A stretch of 64,000 nucleotides of DNA from contig OX597840.1 in NCBI GenBank assembly GCA_951406725.2, positions 16,492,001 through 16,556,000 on the forward strand. The letters run 5' to 3'. The notes below the pieces were generated by a model. The model did not search any database. It had not been told where the DNA came from and worked only from the letters and a program-made list of their open reading frames with translations. The DNA comes from Octopus vulgaris. Lineage: Eukaryota. The translations under genes and the position numbers were made by a program. Shown here one piece after another: positions 27,860-38,890 of this stretch (position 1 is the first letter of the stretch; each line of letters starts with the position of its first letter).

Positions 27860-28771
27860 ATGTCCAGAGCATGGAGACGTGACGAGCTGGATTTATTCGT
27901 ACGAGCATGGGAGTGCGCCGGCGGAGATAGCCCTAGCGAGGTGATTGCGGCTGCGCTGAAGAGCAGAGGCTACAAGAGGACAGCGGCTCAGATGGAGCGA
28001 AAGAGACAGGAATTCGTGCGCTCATATGCGCTTGTACGGTCGCATATTGGCGCACTTGATGCCATCTTTGAGAACGAGCGGGGCAAAGATGGCAAGAATG
28101 GAGACGATGAAAGAAGTCACCCCCACCTGGTGGACGCCCAGGAGGAGGTTTTGAATGAGAAACCTGCCCGGGAAGTGAACCCAGGTGCAAGTTCTCCAAC
28201 CGGCAGCAAGGGCCATGGAGACGGAGAACCCGGTGAAGAGGTAGAGGGAGGAAGAAGAACTAAAAGAAGGACTGGAAGAGCTAAAGGAAAAGAAAAAGCT
28301 CAAGCAGGACCAAAGAGTGAAAGAACCAGGAGTAGAAGTGGAACCGCAAAGGATGGAACCAAACAGCGCACACGGGTGTGTATGTTCTACCTGAGAGGTT
28401 CCTGCTGGCACGGAAAGGAAGGTGCAGGCTGCCGCTTTGCACATCGGGGACCCTGCCACAGAGACACGAGGCAGATGGACAAACCATCAACACAAAGAAA
28501 AGGGATGGACTACGCACCACCTGCCCCAAAGCGGAGGTACGCAGATGTTGTGCGCGCCACAAACAGCCAACATGATGTTGTCGAAAGAGCAGCTGCTGAG
28601 CAACAATCTTTTTTGTGCATGGCACAAAAGATTGTACAGCAGCTGACCTGGCTTCATCAAACCCAAGCCCGCAGGTGGGACTACCCACTATATACCAGAC
28701 CACCACAGCAAACAGACACAGGATGGACACCGCCGGCAACAACATACACCTCACCTCGATACTCCTACTGA
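27860..28771 (+). CDS. LINE ORF1 protein: N-terminal Myb/SANT (trihelix)-like domain, basic linker, CCCH zinc finger
   Basis: 303 aa. WRRDELDLFVRAW...IAAALKSRGYKRTAAQMERKRQEFVRSY (trihelix-like) and CMFYLRGSCWHGKEGAGCRFAH (C-x7-C-x8-C-x3-H). Confidence 0.8.
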   Translation: MSRAWRRDELDLFVRAWECAGGDSPSEVIAAALKSRGYKRTAAQMERKRQEFVRSYALVRSHIGALDAIFENERGKDGKNGDDERSHPHLVDAQEEVLNEKPAREVNPGASSPTGSKGHGDGEPGEEVEGGRRTKRRTGRAKGKEKAQAGPKSERTRSRSGTAKDGTKQRTRVCMFYLRGSCWHGKEGAGCRFAHRGPCHRDTRQMDKPSTQRKGMDYAPPAPKRRYADVVRATNSQHDVVERAAAEQQSFLCMAQKIVQQLTWLHQTQARRWDYPLYTRPPQQTDTGWTPPATTYTSPRYSY

Positions 28772-31718
28772 ACATCAGAGGACTGCAAACACTCAGTAAC
28801 AGGACAAAGATCCCGTTCCTGAGAGACTTTGTTGCATGCAATCAAGCCTTATGCATAGCACTTACAGAAACGCACCTGAAACCGGACATAGCAGATGCGG
28901 AGTTACACATACCACAGTATGCTGTACTACGGACCGACAGGAAAGAAAGGAGTCATGGAGGTGTTGCTATGTACATCCGTGAGGACCTCACACCCCAGGT
29001 CCTCTTGTCATACTCAAACTCGGTGTGTGACACACTAATTGTACATATTAGGCAACTTGATGTAGTTGTGTGTGCTACATATCGCCCTCCAGATGCCCCA
29101 AGCCATGTGGGCAAGTTCGAAGACTGCCTTATAAAAATAGAAGAAATTCTAACCACATTAGAACAACACATAGGTGTGCTTCTTATGGGAGACTTCAATC
29201 TGCCCAATGTCAGATGGCCCGAGGGCCTTTCTCTCCCAGGAATGACAAGATGTGAACGAGGACAGGCGAGGTCCCTCCTGAACCTCATCAACACCCTGTA
29301 CATGGAGCAGGTAATACTCCAACCAACCAGGGCAGGTAACACACTGGATCTCTGCTTCACAAATGACATGGATCTCATCCATAATGTGAAAGTGACACCG
29401 ACACTACTCTCGGATCACAACATGATAGAGCTGACCATGTACGGGCCAAAAGAGAGCACGGACATGCAGCCTACAAGAAACCCTCAAAATCTTTCCAGCT
29501 TGAACTACCATAAGGCAAACTGGAAACAAATTGAAAAGAGATCCTCAAACAAAACTGGCCTGAATGTCTCTCCTCGCCAGACATCGACGTGAAACTTCAA
29601 CAATTCATGTCTGTAATGCAAGCCATATGCTACAAATGTGTCCCAGAGAGAAAGGCCACTGTACACAAGAACAAAATCCCCAGAGAGAGGAAAATTTTAA
29701 TGAGACGGCGTACGAAATTTTCAAATCGCCTAAACCAACAGATTGAAAGCAGTGAAAAGTCCCGCCTAAAAATAAAACTGTTGGAAATCGAAAAATGTCT
29801 GCAACTCTCCCATGAAAAAGAAAGAGCAGACAAAGAAGCCTGGGCTATAGAAAACATAAAATCTAACCCTAGAGCTTTCTACAGGTATGCCAAAGAAACA
29901 GCTACAGTGCACTGTAGAATAGGGCCACTCCTCGAAAAGGATGGCACACTTACAGGAAAACCAATGAGGGTAAGTGAAATACTGAATGAGCAATTCAAGA
30001 GTGTTTTCACTCCACCCCTTGGGCATCTCCAAATCACCAATCCAACTGACTTTTTTACCACTGCAGGTATAAAATCAGAGGCGGCGACGATAGATTACAT
30101 CGATATAAAGGAAGACGATGTAACCAAGGCTATAGATGAAATGAAAACAGACTCAGCTACTGGCCCCGATGGATTCCCGGCAATCCTCCTAAAAGCATGT
30201 AAGAGAGTCCTAGCAAGACCACTGCAGTTCCTCTTTCAGAGCTTCCTTGCAGCTGGCAAACTTCCAGGAAAACTGAAGGAAGGTAAAATATGCCCCATTC
30301 ATAAAGGAGGTAGCAGAGCAGAAGCCAAGAACTATAGACCTATCTCTCTGACCTCACACATCAGCAAGGTCATGGAACGAATAGTCAGAAGGAAGCTGAT
30401 CACCTTCCTTGAAGAGAATGACTTGCTGCCCGACACCCAACATGGTTTCCGACCAGGGAGAAGCTGTTTAACTCAGCTCCTACAACACTATGACTGGGTG
30501 CTGAAACGGCTGCTCAACCACTCAAATGTGGAAGTGATATATCTCGACTTTGCAAAGGCCTTTGATAAAGTCGATCATGGAATGATATGTCACAAACTGC
30601 GTGATCTCAACATAGTTGGAAAACTGGGAGAATGGCTTCATGACTTTCTGAAGGATAGAAGTCAGGTGGTAGTAGCCAATGGGGCCACCTCCATTAACAC
30701 ACAAATAGTGAGCGGTGTTCCGCAGGGCACTGTTTTGGGACCACTACTGTTCATAATGGCCCTCTCAGACATGCCCTCAGCCACGCAGAGAGCCACGATC
30801 ACAAGTTATGCAGATGATACAAAAGTCTCACAGGCAATACAGAACCCTGAGGACACTAAACACCTGCAATGTGAGCTGGACGAAATATACAAGTGGGCTG
30901 AAAAGAATAGCATGCAGTTCAATGCTGGAAAGTTTCAAGCTTTATACTATCAGCATGCAAAACTGAATGCAATACCCAATGAATACACTGGACCCGGAGG
31001 GATTGCAATCCCAGAGGCACAATCAGTGCGTGACCTTGGTATTCACATGAGTGATGACGCGACCTTTCATGTACATGTTGCTAAACTGACAATGAAATGT
31101 AGACGGCTGGCTGGCTGGATTCTTAGAACCTTTAGAACAAGAGAACAAGAAACCATGATGGTCCTCTGGAAGACATTTGTCCTAAGCCACTTTTACTATT
31201 GCTCTCAGCTATGGTCACCATCCAGTGTCAAGTTGATCACAGAACTTGAGGCGATCCAACGAAGCTACACAAAGAAGATAGCCTCTATGCAGAATGTAAG
31301 CTACTGGGAAAGACTCAAGAGATTAAAATTATATTCCCTGGAGCGTAGGCGGGAAAGATATGCCATAATATACATCTGGAAGATCCTGGAGGGAAGTGTC
31401 CTGAACTTTGGCATCGAGAGTTACGCAAATGCCAGAACTGGGCGCCACTGCGTGGTGCCTAGGACTCCAAACCTGCCATCAAGATGTAGGACAAGATTCT
31501 GTGATAGCCTGGGCTTCCGAGGCCCACAGCTCTTCAATATCCTCCCGAAGAACCTGAGAGACCTGCATGGGGTGGATACAGATGTCTTTAAAATGAAGCT
31601 GGATCTCTTCCTGTCAGGTGTCCCAGATGAACCAACTTCACGGCAGGAGGGGCAGATGAGGGCAGCTGCATCGAACTCTCTCATGCACCAAATAGCAGTT
31701 GCTAGAAAGCCTCCATGA
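28723..31718 (+). CDS. LINE ORF2 (apurinic endonuclease + reverse transcriptase), single 1-nt frameshift at about 29534-29537
   Basis: LLNIRGL, IALTETHL, LMGDFNLP, LDLCFTN, SDHN (APE); NYRPISLTS, QHGFRPGRSC, YLDFAKAFDKVDH, GVPQGTVLGP, YADDTK (RT). Adding one A to GAAAAGAG joins the two ORFs. Confidence 0.92.
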
Positions 31719-31834
31719 AGTGAAACCAAGTAGCAACACCAAATGGCGGTGCCCCAGCATGGCCACACCTCATAAGCTGAAACTAGAATCAATCAATCAA
31801 TCAATATATATATACATATATATACACGTGTACA

Positions 31835-32730
31835 CGTGTACACCGGCAACAGATTAGAGACCCAGAGGTCCGTCAGATACCTTTGAGTAACCACCTAGCA
31901 ACATGTGGTCGGAAAATATATATAATATTTCCATTCTACAAATTACACAGCCCAAGTGAAATCGAGAGGAAAATCAGAGAAAAGAATTTTATTGATAAAT
32001 TCGAACCCAAGCTAAATAAGCAATAATAATAATACTTAGAGGTATTACTTCCACTGCTACGACCATGACCACTAACAACAACAACAATACTAAAGGTGAT
32101 CAAGACGAAGATAGCAGGAAAATTATCTTATTTAGGGTTAAAAGTTCTATTGCCACCACCATCACCACTAGCAACAATAATTAAGGTGCTGACAATGATG
32201 ATGATGACAATTGAAATATAAAAATATAAAAATCTCTGACAAAGGATATTTACAACATTTCTAAAAATAACCCAACAATTGCTGCTTCGGCCAGGGTCAA
32301 GATACAGGACTCTTGACCTGTCCAACAAAGCGTGATGCCTAAACCAATCAGCTCAACCAACCAATCAGCTTAAGTAATTGAGTGATACTACACACTGATT
32401 GGTCAGAATACAGTTTGCAAAACCTAGCACTCTGGAGCCTACCCAGCTGTATTTATAGCACAGAATCACTCATCTTGCTACAGTCAAAAATTGTGAAGCA
32501 TGACTGTCAACACTACTACATGAACCCGAAGATTGCAGAATTCAATGCATGAAAGTACTAGTTCAATCAGAATGAATATTTAACATTCTACTATTTCATT
32601 TTATTTTACTCAATTATAATATATTATCTTATAATATATCATTATAAGATTGTAAATAAAACGTGAAAATCAGACAAGGTTGGAATTCTTTTTATTAATA
32701 TATTCTTCTATACACAATCACACACACCCA
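31835..32730 (+). mobile_element. Penelope-like element 3' end (GIY-YIG C-terminus + pseudo-LTR)
   Basis: 31835-32026 translates RVHRQQIRDPEVRQIPLSNHLATCG...IFPFYKL...ERKIREKNFIDKFEPKLNKQ*. The downstream region shares sequence with 37635-37835. Confidence 0.75.
32521..32565 (+). ncRNA. Type I hammerhead ribozyme motif (C at U4 position)
   Basis: TGAAC-CCGAAGA-TTGCA gaattcaa TGCA-T-GAAA-GTAC-TA-GTTCA. Stem I TGAAC/GTTCA, stem II TGCA/TGCA, palindromic stem III AGTACT. Confidence 0.7.
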
Positions 32731-32743
32731 TATATATATATAC

Positions 32744-32800
<57 letters not shown>

Positions 32801-32801
32801 C

Positions 32802-32842
<41 letters not shown>

Positions 32843-34036
32843 CTAGCAGTATCGCCCGGCGTTGCTCGGGTTTGTAAGGGAAATAACTATATAAGCATTT
32901 TTAGAGAGTTATTTCCCTTATATAATAGCGAAAAAATGCATTAAAATGGAAAAATATGATGGTAAATTTTTTTAAATCGTAGACTCATCGTAGACGCGCG
33001 CTAATACCAAGAAGGGCTCGATATGACTCACGACTATAAGATACCCGGTTTGGTTTTTCTTAACCCTTTCGTTACTATATTTCTGACCAAAATACACCCC
33101 TTATGTGTTTCAATTATTTTCTAACTTAATCATAAATTTAGTCTGGTTTCATTAAACAACTATAACTTTTTTATTTATCAATATATTAATGTGATTTTTG
33201 GAAGATAATTTAATGAAATGTCCTCAACCAATTCTATACTATAATTTTTGTCACAAAGTGACTCTAATTGCAGGTAGATACAGGTAAATTCAACAATATA
33301 TAAAATTATTAAAATTTTGTTCAAACATCGCTATAGAAAATGGGTTATTAGCTAATATTCAATTGGGTATACAACAAAATTTTACGATATAATTTGTTAT
33401 TCTGGGTAACTTTCTGATACCTATAATAATATTTATGGCAAAATAGGCCTTAATTTCATTTAAGGTTGTGGGAAATAACAAACTATCCTTTCTTTCGTTT
33501 TGTTTACGTTTAGCGTAACAGTTCATTTCTGCCGTATTGATTTCAAATAGGCTCATTCGAAAAAGTAAATAGAAATAGTTTAAGGCTTTACTCTTCTGGG
33601 AAAGTCTGTGGCTTGGTCCAGTTTCTTCAGAAAAATCACCGAAAGAAACAGTTTTTAAATTTTCACTCCATTCAGGTACCAATTCGTTTTCTTTATCGCT
33701 GTCGGATTCACTGTTTTCACTTTAATAGCTGCAAACTTGCAAAGACAAAGGAGGAGAAGGGTGATAGCATGAGTGAAACAGTTCGCTCCCTTTGTGTGTG
33801 TGTGCGTTTGCGTGTGGTGTAAACCACATTAAGAAGAGCATTTGACATACACACCAGAATGTGAGTTTTCTGTAAATTTTGCTTAATTGGAGTTTAAATT
33901 TTAAAAACTGGACCTGGCATGACCCGATGCATTCTACTCTTAAAAATGCTAGGTAAATTGTAATTGAAGAAATCCTATATTGTAGATTTCTATAACTTAC
34001 AAAGGGAGGCAGATAAAATCTTTTTATAATAAGAGA
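32843..34036 (-). mobile_element. Non-autonomous Helitron-like element containing a piggyBac end and transposase fragment
   Basis: Minus strand ends CCCGAGCAACGCCGGGCGATACTGCTAG (hairpin + CTAG). Internal TTAA-CCCTTTCGTTAC at 33060. ORF 33359-33682 (TGP...YFYLLF...FPTTLNEIKAYFAINIIIGIRKLPRITNY) resembles piggyBac transposase. Confidence 0.65.
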
Positions 34037-34038
34037 TA

Positions 34039-34109
<71 letters not shown>

Positions 34110-34869
34110 TCTATTTTAAGCAGCAGAAAATTCAACAAAATCTGTTACTCTGAGTTTCTCATTGCCGTTCATCAGACAGTTTTTGCTAGAATGGAACCGA
34201 TATATCAATTCAATCTAGACTCTTACAAACGCTACACCTTTAAAAAGAAATGGACTTGTTTGATTGGCCCTTTAGAAAAAACGGTCAATCTTCGAGCGAT
34301 AAACAAAAAGGTCAAAAATATATGTATATATATATAAAAAAAAACTTATAAAAATTATAAAATCCGAGGAAAAAACCTTACATTGAATAAAATACATATT
34401 GACGTTAATGAAGAAAGTATAAATTAATGCATAGAAATTAAACCTGTTATAAATATTACACTGCAATACATATTTATATTAAAATGTACATATATATATC
34501 AACATACACAAAAGGATGCGTGCAAACGCCATACATATACAGACGTATGAATATAAATCTAAATATACACATAAATGCATGTGTACATATATTCACGCAA
34601 ACCATCTCGCACGCAAGTTAAAAATCATCTATGTAGCGATTCTCATATACTGAGTAAGGGGGGAACGAAAGAAAGGAAGAGAGAGAAAAAGGAACGAAGG
34701 AGGGGTGGGGAAAAAAACGAAACAAGAAAAAATTATGTATACAAGCTGTGTAACGGCATTATTGGCATATATGGAGACAAGTATACAAACACAAGTTCGA
34801 ATGGATACATATACATACAGTCGTGTATATGTGTGCTTAAGCACAAACATACTCTCACTTACACATACA

Positions 34870-35170
34870 CATAACGGACAGGAGCTTTCGTTTTTGCAAT
34901 TGCATTTCTTAATGGGCTCGGCACCATGTCTAATCTCAATTAGCTTCCTATTATGTTGGCTAATGTAAGAGGCGAAATTTCTGCAACAAGAATAGCTAAC
35001 CTTCAGGGTTCTTCTATTAAATATCCTATAGAATTTATGACCCTGCTTAAAATGCTTAGAGACTAATCTCAAAAATTCCTTACCTATATTAGTCTTTACG
35101 GCCAAATTGAAAGCCGGGTTGAACCACAAAACTTTCTTGGTCCTAGTTCTTCGTGCAGCATTATTATCAG
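34870..35170 (-). mobile_element. Penelope-like element fragment (linker upstream of GIY-YIG)
   Basis: KKVLWFNPAFNLAVKTNIGKEFLRLVSKHF...IFNRRTLKVSYSCCRN...HNRK...CNCKNESSCPL. Confidence 0.8.
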
Positions 35171-35431
35171 CATTAAGCTGGTTGAACTGGGGGGACAAAC
35201 ACAGACACACAAATACACACACACACACACACACACACACACCACACACACACATACACAGACACACACGATGGGCTTCTTTCAGTTTCCATCTACCAAA
35301 TCCACTCATAAGGCTTAGGTTGGCCGGAGGCTATAGTAGAGGATACTTGCCCAAGGTACCACATGGTGTGATTGGACCTGGAACCATGTGGTTGGGAAGC
35401 AAGCTTCTTACCACACAGCCATGTCTGTGCT

Positions 35432-35462
<31 letters not shown>

Positions 35463-35734
35463 TTTTATTAATCCAAACAAGTGGAAGAATAGAAGAAATG
35501 AAATTGAAAATTCACAGAGAATATACTAGAATTAATTAGAATTTAATTATTTTTTAAAATACAGGAACACACTTGACCAGTTTGGCATTAAATTTTCAAA
35601 AATAGACAGTTAGTAGTGCTGCGAAAAAGGAGAGACGGTTAGCATTCCCCTTGACAAGGACGGAAGAGATCAATCGATCTTTCTAACACATATGGCCATT
35701 GCTCTCTACTTTAGAGCAACCTAATTTTTCTATA

Positions 35735-35899
35735 GGTGCTGGAGTGGCTGTGTGGTAAGTGGCTTGCTTACCAACCACATGGTTCCGGATTCATTCCCAC
35801 TGCATGGTACCTTGGGCAAGTGTCTTCTACTATAGTCTCAAGCCAACCAAAGCCTTGTGAGTGGATTTGCTAGACGGAAACTGAAAGAAGCCTGTCGTA

Positions 35900-35941
<42 letters not shown>

Positions 35942-36172
35942 TGTATGTGTGTGTGTGTGTGTGTTTATGTGTTTGTGTTTGTCCCCCCAACATCACTTGA
36001 CAACCGAAGTTGGTGTGTTTACGTCCCTGTAACTTAATGGTTTGACAAAAGAGATCGATAGAATAAGTACTAGGTTTACACAGAATAAGTCCTGGGGTTG
36101 ATTTGCTCGACTAAAGGTGGTGCTCCAGCATGTCTGCAGTCAAATGACTGAAACAAGTAAAAGAGTAAAAGA
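35735..36172 (+). mobile_element. tRNA-derived SINE family A (CORE-like), full length
   Basis: tRNA-like head (GGCTGTGTGGTAAG...GGTTC), CORE-like ACCTTGGGCAAGT, internal (TA)(TG)n, tail GGTGCTCCAGCATG...GAAACAAGTAAAAGAG. Further copies at 40868-41225, 47470-47875, 58130-58570 (-), 61865-62240. Confidence 0.85.
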
Positions 36173-36731
36173 ATATATGGAGCTGTTTTGCAAACTATGC
36201 TTATTCTAGCCATTACCATACATCCGTGTGTGCATATGTATGCAAGTGTGTGTGTGTGTGTTGGTGTCTCCCTATTGTGACAGTAAGTGGTTCTGGTAGA
36301 TGAGCGTCACCATTCTTGTAATGGTGTTCTGCATTTCTGATCTTCTGTAAAAAAAATGTCCAGCCATGGGAAACAATTACCTTGCTTGGAAAACAGGTGA
36401 GGATTGGTAACAGATTGGGCATCTGGCTGTAAAAATTTGCCTGAAATAAAGACCTTCTCATGCATGCAAGCATGGAAGAGTGGATGTCAAATAATGGTTA
36501 TGGTGATGATGACAAAACAAAAACAGGAAAAATAAGTTTCTTGCTACAACAGTTGATACGTAAAGATAGGAAGAGGCTTGTCTTTTCCTCTACTTCCCTT
36601 GATTTTTGTTTTGTCAAAAGAAAATGAAAAGAAAATTCTTTTGTCTTTATCAAACTGTTTCGTAAATTTTACAAGATAATTTCTACCTGAATAGACTGTT
36701 TTTCTATATGTATATACCTATAGGATGTATG

Positions 36732-36786
<55 letters not shown>

Positions 36787-37049
36787 GTTTGTAATGTGTA
36801 TGTTAGAATGTATATATGTATGAGAAGAATGTAACCTTTAAGATTTTTCTGATTTATATACACATACATATATATACATATCACCGCGATCACCATGACC
36901 GACCAGGCTATCAGATGTTGCTACACATCGCTGGTCACAATGCGCTTCGCATTGTCTTTTAGCCTTCATATGATGCCACCCCGCTGGCTAAGCGAGCAGG
37001 CCAATATATACATATATACATGTATATACATACATATATATAATTATAT

Positions 37050-37835
37050 AAATATTTGAGATTCAGTTGAATTAGTTTGAACAAGAATCTGCACTTGAAT
37101 TTTATTCTAAAGGGTATTTCTGTTTTGTTAAGTTGGATTTGATGTATTTTCAGGTCAATCGCTAAAGTACAGATTTGTCTTGCCATACTGTACGTGGTGT
37201 TCCTTTTGATATGTGAGGGACGGTCAGAGTAGAAATTTGGATATTGATGCATGTCTGTTTTTTTGTAAAATATGTCTGTTGTGATTGTGGAGTTGTGTAT
37301 TTTTATGTGGATATCCAGGAATGGTAATTCATTGCAACTGGATTTACTCATGAATTTGATAGATGGGTGAAGTGTGTTGAGTATGTCATTAGATATTAGT
37401 AGGTCCTCATTTGATCTTTCCTAAAAGATGAAATGTTTCTACTTTTTTATGATGTGTTTCTTTAAATCATTATTAAAAGTTCTATATACCTCCTTGTAAA
37501 GCTTTTGTTCCAAGTACCCTATGACTAAGTTAGCATATGAGGGTGCAAATCTTGTCCACATAGCTGTACCTTTTAATCTGTCGATATGTTTTATTATTGA
37601 ATCATTTACACAGTTGTAAATTGTAAAACATAACTGTCACTACAAATGTATGAACCTGAAGATTGTATAGTTTAATGCATGAAAGTACTAGTTCAATCAG
37701 AATGAGAATTTAATATACTATAATTTCATATCATATTATATTGTATTATATTATTATAAGATTGTAAATAAAACATGAAAATCAAAGTTGGATTTTCTTT
37801 GATTAATATATTCTTCTATACACACTCATACACAC
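37050..37835 (-). mobile_element. Penelope-like RT fragment joined to an inverted pseudo-LTR
   Basis: Minus strand: LKGTAMWTRFAPSYANLVIGYLEQKLY and ELPFLDI...TDIFYKKTDMHQY...HIKRN. From about 37635 a + strand pseudo-LTR matches 32500-32730. Confidence 0.8.
37651..37695 (+). ncRNA. Type I hammerhead ribozyme motif
   Basis: TGAAC-CTGAAGA-TTGTAT agttta ATGCA-T-GAAA-GTAC-TA-GTTCA: canonical CUGANGA/GAAA/UH core, stem I TGAAC/GTTCA. Confidence 0.78.
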
Positions 37836-37848
37836 CCGTATATATATA

Positions 37849-37891
<43 letters not shown>

Positions 37892-38709
37892 ATATATATA
37901 TATATATATGTGTGTGTATATATATGTATGTATATATATGTATAGGGTAAATGTGTTTCTTTGTTGTAGTTTAATTTATAATGTTAGTGTTTAATCCTTC
38001 CTAGAATTAAGATTGAATGAATATGGTGATATCTAAGGTATATTTGTTCCCAAACAACACTTATTTTAGTGCTGTTGACACCGCCGGATTGAATGGTACT
38101 GCCCAGGTGTCGAAACCATAATGACATCCGTGAGGTAGCTGATGATGGAGGTATGTTGGCTGTTATTGCATGTGCAGAATAGTTTTATAGCACATTCATT
38201 TGATATATATATGTACATACATATATATGTGTATGTGTATATATATATATATATATATGCATAAATTTTAAACAATTTTGTGTATGTATTCTATATAAAG
38301 GCATGTCTATGTGTCTACGTGTATGCACACACACATATATATACTGGCATGTCTGGTTGTATATATGTTTATCTTTATGTGTGTATAACTGGGTAACCTC
38401 AAATACATTTATGGACAAACATCAACACTCAGTGATATCCATCTTCCCTTTAATTGAAGCAGACGGCAATTTCCTGTTTTCTTCCGGAATTTACTTTGGC
38501 TATTTAGGAGTCTCAAATATTTTCACTTCATTTCATAGTTATTTTCAGTACATTTTAGCATATTTTCAATACATTTTAAAGCGTATTTTCAATACATTTA
38601 AGCATATTTGATATCATCATTGACAGCCCAGATACTCATGTATATGTGTGTGTGTGTAGGTGAGTGGACTAATGAAAGACAGAGCCACTCAACATATTTA
38701 GTAGGAATA

Positions 38710-38890
38710 ATATATTATTTAAAACAGTTTGATTTGGCTTTGCGCGACTTAGGGTTTCGTAGGCTTCTTATGGAGATCTAGCTTGTTGGTTTTGGTTACT
38801 CAAACTGAACCTGATGAGCTAGGTTTTCTATAAGAATCCTATGAAACCTTAAATCACATGGAGCCAAATCAAACTGTTTAAAATAATATA
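38710..38890. repeat. Imperfect inverted repeat (~80-bp arms) carrying a hammerhead-like core
   Basis: TATATTATTT.AAACAGTTTGATTTGGCT...AGGGTTTCGTAGGCTTCTTA is mirrored by TAAGAATCCTATGAAACCTT...AGCCAAATCAAACTGTTTAAAATAATATA. CTGATGA at 38811, GAAA at 38843. Confidence 0.8.

Larger units (their letters stand above)
26154..31804 (+). mobile_element. Near-intact full-length CR1-clade LINE inserted in a (TA)n tract
   Basis: ORF1 + ORF2 (APE + RT), short 3' UTR, (ATCA)n tail at 31787-31804. TA repeats on both sides. The 5' boundary is inferred from the end of the (TA)n tract. Confidence 0.85.

Noticed and set aside
28281-28841. Antisense ORFs overlapping LINE ORF1/ORF2
   Set aside because: Shadow frames of GC-richer coding sequence with no recognisable motifs.
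35735-35810. tRNA-like heads of SINEs as tRNA genes
   Set aside because: They do not close a cloverleaf and continue into SINE bodies; only 14635-14706 is a full tRNA.
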